A DNA stretch of 32,384 nt from Stramenopiles sp. TOSAG23-2 (taxonomy: Eukaryota): contig LT649363.1 in assembly GCA_900128395.1 (NCBI GenBank), forward strand, positions 1-32,384, read 5' to 3'. The position numbers and the translations under genes are program-made. Shown in pieces: positions 9,526 to 18,028 of the stretch; positions within the stretch are counted from its first letter, which is position 1; each line of letters starts with the position of its first letter. The notes under the pieces are model-generated. The model was not told where the DNA came from. It did not search any database and saw nothing but the letters and a program-made list of their open reading frames with translations.

Positions 9526-9716
9526 TATTTTTATCTAGTTTTATGTAGTCAAACAACTTAATAAGTATTTGAATACAACTAGATTTCATGTAAAAATTAA
9601 TGTTTTTTATAAAAATAACAACTTGTTTTAAACAAGATTGTTGGAAACGTCATTTTTTTTAAATAATTTTTTTATTAAGACCTTAACGGGATTTTTACAG
9701 AAGATTGTTGGGGGGA

Positions 9717-9954
9717 ATATATATATGGCCCATTTTTCTAAGGATTTATCATTTAATTTTTTTCCAGTCAAAATTTCTGTTAAAAATATAAACGCGTGAG
9801 CAGAGAATAGTTTTAAACTCTATAGACACGATTAGATTAAATTAGAAATCCTTAGAAAAATGGGCCATATATATATATCCGGATATCCTAGACACGATTA
9901 GATTAAATTAGAAATCCTTAGAAAAATGGGCCATATATATATATCCGGATATCC
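9717..9954. repeat. 31-bp perfect inverted repeat plus 66-bp tandem duplication
   Basis: 9717-9747 is the exact reverse complement of 9846-9876 and 9912-9942; 9823-9888 equals 9889-9954. Confidence 0.95.
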
Positions 9955-10317
9955 TGTGTATATATATACTATAGCATGCTAATGGTATTTTATTTTAAGA
10001 AGACAAAAAAAAAGGCCATAAGTGCGCTAGTATGGCCATAGTATGTATTTTACCGAAGGATTTGGGATATTGGTTTATAGTTGATTAGCTAAGCTACCAC
10101 AGTACCACAGTCCGGATTACAAGTGGTGCAGTGCCAGTTTTGTATGGATTATGATTTTTATTAAATTTTCGTAGCTATAAATACCTGGTATAAATTCTTC
10201 GTAGTTCAAGTAGCGAGAAGATCTTCGATTTTTCTTATTCTTTGCAAAAATGAAAGGTGCAGATTTAACTAAAACTTTTTTAAAAATTTATATTTACATT
10301 CTCTCTGTTTATCCTTG

Positions 10318-10485
10318 TAGTACAAATTTAGTATACTATAGATATATATTTATATAGGATAATATAAAAAATCGGATATTCTAGATATTTTCATCCAATT
10401 AACATTGGTCATTTTTGGATTTTATGAATTAATTATCTCCTTAGATCTACCTATCAAATATCTATAGTATACTAAATCTGTACTA
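10318..10485. mobile_element. Small MITE-like element with 28-bp inverted repeats
   Basis: TAGTACAAATTTAGTATACTATAGATAT (10318-10345) vs ATATCTATAGTATACTAAATCTGTACTA (10458-10485), 27/28 complementary. Confidence 0.55.
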
Positions 10486-10644
10486 ATTTGACCCCGCCTG
10501 TTTTGAGGAGAGTTTCATCCGTCTTATTTACAAGGATAGCCTGGATAGGTGCATAGGACAAAATATAAAAAATAAAAAAATTTCACAAATGGAAATTTGG
10601 AAAATGGTAGGCTGGTAGGCCCAGTAGGTGCGTAGGCCAGTAGG

Positions 10645-11840
10645 CCCTGCCTTAGGCAGGGTTTTAAAAGATGCCGATGTGATGCCGATGATGATGCCGC
10701 CTTAAAAACATCAATAACATTTCAGGAATTTTTTCATATAAAAATAATTATTAAATATATACATGAAAGCAGTAAATAGTTATAAATTATCGGATATTAT
10801 TATTCCTATCCGACTCTAAATAGTCAGTTCGGTAACTTCAAATTTCTAAAGTTCGACGTTTTTATTATTAGTGTTGGCCACCACGATAAATAAAATAAAA
10901 GTCAGTTATCATCAAAGAAAAGCTTTTAACACGCAAGCTACCAGAACCTGCACAAGAAAGACTGCGTATTGATTGAAACGAGCTATATTGGTTGTGAATA
11001 TATAGCATACAAAGTAATTTGGTCCGACATTCGTTTGCTGTTTCGTATTGTTTGGTCAAGATCTGTTGAGAATCGGAGAAAAAAGTATTCAGATAAGGTC
11101 TAAACTCCTGGTTTAGTTAGCTTACAGTGGTAAAGGTGCCCATATTGTGAAACATAATGATGATTTAGGTGAAACATTGATAAACAATCGTCGGAATAGT
11201 ACAATTGAAATGCCAGAGGTGCGTGAATTATTTTCAGAAATATTAGATACAGCTGGATGAAGTAAATATAAAACCAAATTTGCTAGATATGGTATAAAAT
11301 CAACCAAACATTTAAATGATATCGTAGAAGAAGATTTATAAGAGCTTGGTTTAAGTAGATTTCAACAACGACAATTTAAAAAAGCAGTAACGAAGAAGGC
11401 GAAGAAGAAGGAAAGGGGAAAAACTCAAAACAATGATAATAATAATAATGTTGCTAAAGATAATAGTAATGTTGCTACAGGTAATGATAATGATAACGAA
11501 GGGAGTAAGAAGATTGAAACAATGAGAAATACAAATGAAATAAAAAAAGATAAAGAAGAAAACAAACTCAACAAATAAAAACGAATTTGATGAAAGTTTA
11601 TTCATCATCATTTCATATACCTGTAAATACGATGATGATGATGTAGAAGATGTGTTTGAAGAGAATGAATTAGTATTGCAACGACCAGATTAATAGCAAG
11701 TTTCAGCTATACCATCTGAAAATGACTTTCACCTATGATGGAACATCAATGTATACATTTGCCTGCTATGTCTATGCTAACGCATGCGGCATCATCGGCA
11801 TCACATCGGCTGCACCCCTTTTTTATAGGCTAAGGCAGAG
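10645..11840. mobile_element. Putative non-autonomous TIR element carrying a decayed gene
   Basis: GCCGATGTGATGCCGATGATGATGCCGC (10673-10699) inverted with GCGGCATCATCGGCATCACATCGGC (11786-11810); outer CTGCCTTAG (10647) / CTAAGGCAG (11830). Confidence 0.55.
11210..11578 (+). pseudogene. SAM (sterile alpha motif) domain pseudogene
   Basis: MPEVRELFSEILDTAG*SKYKTKFARYGIKSTKHLNDIVEEDL*ELGLSRFQQRQFKKAV; in-frame stops at 11258 and 11339. Confidence 0.75.
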
Positions 11841-11850
11841 TTTTTGGTGT

Positions 11851-12199
11851 ATTTATAATGATGGTTAAAATCTAAGTTATAATATTTTTACACTTCTCGT
11901 GTTAAAGTAATATGCTCAATACTCAATCGCAAGAATAATATGTTATCCTACTGTAGTAAAGCTCTAATGCACCTCTGCAAACAAGCACAAGTAGGTTTCT
12001 ATCCTTCCGTGCGCAATCGTTGAACGCGCTTAATATATATATATTTATAAATGATGGTTAAAATCTATAAGTTATAAAGTAATTTTACACTTCTCATGTT
12101 AAGTAATATGCTCAATACTCAATCGCAAGAATAATATACTAATACTCTACAAGCACAAGTAGGTTTCTATCCTTCCAACATGTTCGAACGTTGAACGCG
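11851..12199 (+). repeat. Diverged tandem duplication (~180/155 bp)
   Basis: ATGATGGTTAAAATCTA, GTAATATGCTCAATACTCAATCGCAAGAATAATAT and ACAAGCACAAGTAGGTTTCTATCCTTCC each occur twice in the same order. Confidence 0.9.
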
Positions 12200-13077
12200 T
12201 TGGACGTCGGGTTCACTCGATAGCGGTGAGGCTGTCAAAGTGAAAGATCCTGTTGTGAACAACAACCGGTAACTATCCGGATAAAGATCTTGAAGTGCAC
12301 GGTTGTGGCAAAAAGCCACGGTTTTGATCACTTTAGCTTGTAGATCTCTACATGTTTCATTGACCCATTGTGCTTTAAGCCAGTCCGATTTTCTTTTCGT
12401 AGCCGAATAAAATATATCTATTTTTATAATCTTCTATTTTAGCTATGTATCAATATGATATTTTGATATATATAAATATATAACATGATATTAATATGTA
12501 TCATATGCATTTAAGCTCCGGGACCAGCTAATCTAGGATCGTTTACTTTCCTTAATGGGGGGCCTATGGCACAATTACTCAAGTAATAATTTAAGCGCCT
12601 TTGGCAAATTGCTTTAATTCCTTTCACTATCCCATTCATGTTGGTACCAACTCTGAATTTTTCTCTGGAAAATGTTTCTAGCTCTACTAACGAAGGCGGC
12701 GAAGCTCTGAAAACACTTGTTGTTCCACGTGTTATTGCTGGCTTTTTTACCAAATGGTGTTCCATATATTTATTTACAACACGAACTATTTTGGCATGTT
12801 GTTGTGACAACGATAATGCCGAAGAAGCCGAAGACGATGATGGTGACAGGATATCGTGTTTATTGTTCTCGTTGTTGTTCTTGTCATGATTATTATTATT
12901 TACATAAATATGATTTTCACTAAATAAAATGTCTTTTAACTCCCCGTTTAGCAATTGATGTTTTAAATATATTTCTAATGATTCCCCTATTTGTTGATTA
13001 TTCGCATACGAACATTGTAAGGACGTTCCTATTATTATTATCGTTGCGAAACAGTTCCAATAAAGTAGTTTCGTCAT
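12167..13077 (-). CDS. Putative secreted protein of unknown function, probably two exons (13077-~12547 and ~12433-12167)
   Basis: Signal-peptide-like N-terminus; AT-rich gap at ~12434-12510; an ATG-less 88-codon open frame (..YSATKRKSDWLKAQWVNETCRDLQ..) ends at TAG 12167. Splice sites uncertain. Confidence 0.5.
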
Positions 13078-13111
13078 TATATTTACAATACTTTGTCTGT
13101 TTGCGTGTGTA

Positions 13112-13113
<2 letters not shown>

Positions 13114-13146
<33 letters not shown>
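13114..13146. repeat. (TG)n microsatellite
   Basis: Uninterrupted TG run. Confidence 0.95.
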
Positions 13147-13148
<2 letters not shown>

Positions 13149-13461
13149 CTACATATATGATGTGTGTGTTTAAATACCTATAGTTCTAATAGTAGTAGAT
13201 ATAAAATGTCATATTATTTATATTATTATTATTTTTATTATTATTATTATTATTATATTATTTACATCTATTAGCCTGCTGGGCCTGGGCTTTAGCTTTG
13301 ATCTTTGATCTTCGTGCCTTCTTCTTTTTTAATTTTTAATTTAGATAGTAAAAAATACACTAATTATAGTAAGTTTTATTATACTTAAATATTTAAGAAC
13401 TTATATACTTAATTTATACAAAAGTTTTTAAACGAAAAAATAATAGGATGTGATATTTTAA

Positions 13462-13671
13462 CAATATTTACTATACGAGGATGCCAGTAGTGCAGTATGG
13501 GGAAAAGATACTATAGACAAATGTTTTTTCAAAAAAAAATATTATACTATTGATGATGCCTACAGTGCATTTAATGATTTGGCATCTGGTACCAATTTAC
13601 GAGGTGTCTTTATGATGCATGATTTGGTAAATAAAGTTTCAAGCCAAGGTAATAGTGGTGCAAATTTATAA
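13462..13671 (+). pseudogene. Orphan 3' fragment resembling the C-terminus of a Zn-dependent alcohol dehydrogenase (MDR family)
   Basis: Open frame lacking an upstream start: ..IDKCFFKKKYYTIDDAYSAFNDLASGTNLRGVFMM..GANL*; resembles the y.ld....Af.dl..G...Rgv pattern. Confidence 0.45.
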
Positions 13672-13863
13672 ATTTCGTATATATATTTTTCAATAAATTA
13701 TATTATACACACATGTATCTTGATAAAAAAAAAAAAATGTAGTATTTTTTTTATTTATTTTTATGGCATTTATCATATCATATGCATATATAAAAAAAAA
13801 TATAAATATCATACGACATCATATAAAATTTTGATTACTTTTTTATCTTTATTTTAAATCACA

Positions 13864-14508
13864 TCATGCCCTTTTATATTTATATTTAAGCTTTTCTAAA
13901 AGGTGAATTTTCTTTTTTGTATCATCCAATACATTCAAAACCATTCCACATACTAATACATAACACACTGGAAACAGATGGTAATAAACAAAAATATGTT
14001 TCGTGCCATATGACATTCCAAACAAAAGATCCAATACATTCAAAACCATTCCACATACTAATACATAACACACTGGAAACAGATGGTAATAAACAAAAAT
14101 ATGTTTCGTGCCATATGACATTCCAAACAAAAGAGAAGGTAAAATAATACCGAAAATAAAATAATAATTTGTTTCACCCTCAATACTGCTACTATCAGCT
14201 AACCCAACCATGCAACAACAAAAACATATAAACGTAGAACAAAATGCAAACAAGCAATTAGTTTCACTGACAATCGCTTCAGATGATAGGATATTGATTA
14301 AAATACAAAATCGATCAGTGGCAATAGCACTGAATGCTGCAAAGAACATTAACAACAATGTAACCAATTGATACATTTGAATCCAAAAGCTTCGATTTTT
14401 TTTTTCCTTTATTTTATATCTATCTATTAATGATTCTTGTTCATCTTCGTCTAAATATTCTATCTCTTCAACATGTAAATTTCTAAGTGTCTTCTTTCTT
14501 TTTTTCAT
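13864..14508 (-). CDS. Multi-pass membrane protein with an exact 35-aa internal duplication
   Basis: Several hydrophobic segments; N-terminal YLDEDEQE; basic C-terminus; 105-bp perfect tandem repeat 13924-14028/14029-14133. Confidence 0.75.
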   Translation of the reverse strand: MKKRKKTLRNLHVEEIEYLDEDEQESLIDRYKIKEKKNRSFWIQMYQLVTLLLMFFAAFSAIATDRFCILINILSSEAIVSETNCLFAFCSTFICFCCCMVGLADSSSIEGETNYYFIFGIILPSLLFGMSYGTKHIFVYYHLFPVCYVLVCGMVLNVLDLLFGMSYGTKHIFVYYHLFPVCYVLVCGMVLNVLDDTKKKIHLLEKLKYKYKRA

Positions 14509-15143
14509 TATTACACATTACGTGTGTGTGTGCGTGAGTGTGCCTCTGATGTTTATGCCACGTGTTTTTAATGATGTACATAACTGGCAAAACATTAACA
14601 AGTATAATTAATATAAATATAGATACATGTATAGTGCTATACAGAGCTTGCCAGAGTAAACTAATAATATTCCTGCCGGATGATCGGATGATGTGTGTGA
14701 TGTACAGTATTGGCCAGTCCAGCAGTATTATCCTATAAGTAGATACAAAAAATATGATGATGTGTGCATGCTGGCCCCTAAGGTGGCTTGCATTTTTTTT
14801 ATTTTATTGGCAACATTACAGGTAACATTGCCAGATTGCCAGATTGCTATTGCACTATATTTGCAACCTTGGCGGCAACAACCAACAACCTGCATTTTTT
14901 ATATATAAATTGTGCTTAATATAAATAATCATGCTGGCATGGTAACTTGTTTTTACAAAAAAAAAAAGGAATGCAAAGCACCATGTAAAGTGATGATGAT
15001 CGCCATTTTTACAATTACCATCATTGATGCATAAAAGTTATTAATATCATAATAACAAAAACAAAGCTAATATCGAATTATTCGGAAATTATATTCGAAT
15101 ATATCTATAGAAAAAAATATATAGAAAAAAATAAAAAAAAAAT

Positions 15144-15818
15144 ATGGAAGCAATATACAACTCATTAGCAAATATTGCAATAGCATTATTAAAAGAAAGA
15201 AAAAATAATAATAACGAGAAGAATCAAATATTTATTGGGATTGCAGGTGGTCCAGGTAGTGGTAAAACAACTACTGCTGCTCAAGTATGTAAATTATTAA
15301 ATAGGAAACACATAAAATCCATTGTACTGCCTATGGATGGTTATCATTTTTATAAAAAAGAATTAGATTTAATGGAAAATCCTGAAGAAGCCCATCAATT
15401 TCGTGGAGCACCATTTACATTCAATTCTAAACGTTTTATTAAAGATATGGTAAATGCAAAAAGCACAGGTACTGGCAATTTTCCAGATTTTGATCATGCA
15501 GCTGGTGATCCAAACGAGGGTCAAATTAAATTAGACACATCTGTAGAAGTAGTCTTCGTCGAAGGAAATTATGTCTTGTTAAAGCAAGATCCTTGGTGTG
15601 AACTTTCAAATAATATTTTTGATTTATGTTGGTTCATTAAATGTCCAGAGGAAGAAGCACAAAAACGTGTTGTTTTAAGACATATGAAGGCATGGAATTT
15701 TACCGAAGAACTAGCTTTGGCAAGATGGTTAGATAACGATTTGAAAAATTATCGCTTTATAAATAATAATTCTATCAGCAAAATGGATAAGATAATTGAA
15801 TCTGTTTCTCATGTCTAG
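15144..15818 (+). CDS. P-loop kinase, YFH7/YggC-like (phosphoribulokinase/uridine kinase/pantothenate kinase superfamily)
   Basis: GIAGGPGSGKTT, LPMDGYH, RGAPFTF, PDFDHAAGDP, VFVEGNY. Confidence 0.92.
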   Translation: MEAIYNSLANIAIALLKERKNNNNEKNQIFIGIAGGPGSGKTTTAAQVCKLLNRKHIKSIVLPMDGYHFYKKELDLMENPEEAHQFRGAPFTFNSKRFIKDMVNAKSTGTGNFPDFDHAAGDPNEGQIKLDTSVEVVFVEGNYVLLKQDPWCELSNNIFDLCWFIKCPEEEAQKRVVLRHMKAWNFTEELALARWLDNDLKNYRFINNNSISKMDKIIESVSHV

Positions 15819-15962
15819 TAATAACAAGTAAATGGTTGCTGTAATGTTTATTATATACGAAATTCATATATGCATAGCAATATTTAATATATAATGTTTT
15901 ATTACACAGTACAGTCCAAAATGTAAGCTTTGATGAATGGTGATAAGGCATTTGATGATAAT

Positions 15963-16314
15963 TAAAAAATTGCTTCTGCTAAATAAACAATCAATATGTA
16001 CACGTTTGATCTCAAAAAACTTGCAGGATCTTCCTAATATGATAGGTTATGCCTCTGTCAACAATGCTATTTGAAACACGAATGTTTTCGCCGTTCTTGA
16101 AAGTAGCTTTTATCGAAAATACATGAATGCTTTTTTTTTTGAAATATATTTTTATAAAAAATTGTTCGAGCTAGTGGTGGTATAACTAAAAATATTGATT
16201 TTTCAATTTTCAAAATCGCCAGAGGCATAACCTGAGATAAGACGATTTAGACACTCGAAGCTCAGCTCGAGAGGACAATATCTTCCATCAAAATTTAGCA
16301 GAAGAAATTTTTTA
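15963..16314. mobile_element. Nested inverted-repeat (MITE-like) structure
   Basis: Outer IR 15963-15984/16293-16314 (21/22); inner perfect 14-bp IR AGGTTATGCCTCTG 16044-16057/16220-16233. Confidence 0.55.
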
Positions 16315-16548
16315 TTTAATATATTTTTTTATATTGAGAGAGGTAAAATCACGAAAGACAATAGAAACATAGCAGGTAAATACTATGGGAAATTAATGGA
16401 TTTTATTGCTATATGGCCATTTTCCAAAATCGTCGTATACGGGATTTATCAGCTGTGGGTCATTTGAAGTCCATATGTATAATGCATATAATATATGATA
16501 TGATACATACATGTCATATCATTCAAGTTATAAAATATTTTTTTATTT

Positions 16549-17256
16549 TTAAAAATATTGGACATCACATTCCATTTTCTGCTTTAAACTTAAGGATAAG
16601 CCTTTGACCACTACATTGCATTTGATTATACCTTTTTTTTCAATAAATAACACTTTAACATCAAGATCCGTATTAATATAATAAGTAATATCTTTACCAG
16701 CTAACCATTCAACAGCCATTGTTACTATTGATGGCACATCAGAAATATTCCATTCTTTCGTATGTGATATTGTTTCAATAACTGAAGTTCCTGCTTTTAA
16801 TTCCATACCTGGTAGATCTACGACATCCAAAATTGTTTGATCTTTCGCATCATCGCTAGAGCCATAACTTAAATATACTTTTGTAGGTTTTGTCGTCATA
16901 TGAAATCCGTTCTCCGTATTATCTATTGCTAAATGGCAATCCCATCCAATTTTCAGTCCATACGGTAGTAACAACGTTTTAACCTCAAAGGCTGTAAATT
17001 CAAAATCATTATATGAAACTTTAGGATCTTTATATGATAATGCTGCTATAACTAAAAATAAAAGTATGGGAATTAAAATAACACAAATCCAACAAGCAAA
17101 ACGAAAAATGGTGCATGGTCCACTACAAAGACTGAAACGTTTACCACGACCAACTCGTTTTGTAACTACAGTCCTTTTCACAATAACACGTTGCTTTTTT
17201 GCATTTCCCTTTTCCATCAATTGAATGGCACGAGTATTCATTGTTGTTTGTTGCAA
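16549..17256 (-). CDS. Single-pass membrane protein with LEA_2 (NDR1/HIN1-like) domain
   Basis: Basic N-terminus, Cys-flanked TM helix, KDPKVS, then beta-rich LAIDNTENGF segment. Confidence 0.7.
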   Translation of the reverse strand: MQQTTMNTRAIQLMEKGNAKKQRVIVKRTVVTKRVGRGKRFSLCSGPCTIFRFACWICVILIPILLFLVIAALSYKDPKVSYNDFEFTAFEVKTLLLPYGLKIGWDCHLAIDNTENGFHMTTKPTKVYLSYGSSDDAKDQTILDVVDLPGMELKAGTSVIETISHTKEWNISDVPSIVTMAVEWLAGKDITYYINTDLDVKVLFIEKKGIIKCNVVVKGLSLSLKQKMECDVQYF

Positions 17257-18028
17257 TAATTAATGTCTATATGCAAATATATTCTCTATTACACTATCTT
17301 TTAATCTTTTATCTTATTTCTGTTTTTCAATATATAGCATTTACTATAAAATCCAATATATCATATCCTATAGATGATTCTTGATGATAATATAAATAAT
17401 AATAATAATAATATAATAAAATGTATAAAAATTGTCAGAGAGAAGAAATTGTTAGTATAATAGAGGAGGATCCAGTCTAAAAAATGCCACTAATTTAAGG
17501 TAAATATAACGGCGGAGTTAAGGTGTGGAAACTTAAAATGTCTAAAAAAAAATTAAAAAAAAAAAAAAATTTCTTAGATTATAAACTAAAAATAATAACG
17601 TTCAATAACAAGATTTAATTAATATGGTTTTACCACCAGGTACCAGGTATTATTATTAATAATATGTTAATAATATGCAGACGTCTGAAAAGTATTATTA
17701 TACCAGGTATTAATATTATTATTTCAATTTTATATTATGTATCCATATATGTGTTCAGGAAAAGTAGATACACCGTTTGTATATATAATAATACAGATCA
17801 TTGCTATTGTTAATACTAAATCACGGCTTTTTCCATTATCATTGTTATTTCACCATCGTCACCGACAAAATAAATATTATTTATATTCATCATAATATAT
17901 TTTATCGTATACTAGCTCTTGCCAGCTTGCATGTTATTATTATATTAATATATTTGTAAATTAACTTACTAAACGAAAGTAAGAAGACATAGTATATATA
18001 TATATATAAATTGAAGCAGAAAATAGAA

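Larger units (their letters stand above)
1..9970. mobile_element. Endogenous Polinton-like virus, right-hand part, internally deleted; continues left of the window; right boundary approximate
   Basis: PLV-type MCP, minor-capsid-like gene, second-MCP remnant and giant-virus-like accessory ORFs. Genes are intronless and tightly packed (38-42 bp gaps at 2494-2531 and 5496-5537). A repeat-rich non-coding end precedes host-type DNA. Confidence 0.8.

Noticed and set aside
11210-11578. Alternative genetic code explaining the in-frame stops
   Set aside because: Long host and viral ORFs translate cleanly and end in TAA, TAG or TGA; simple decay is sufficient.
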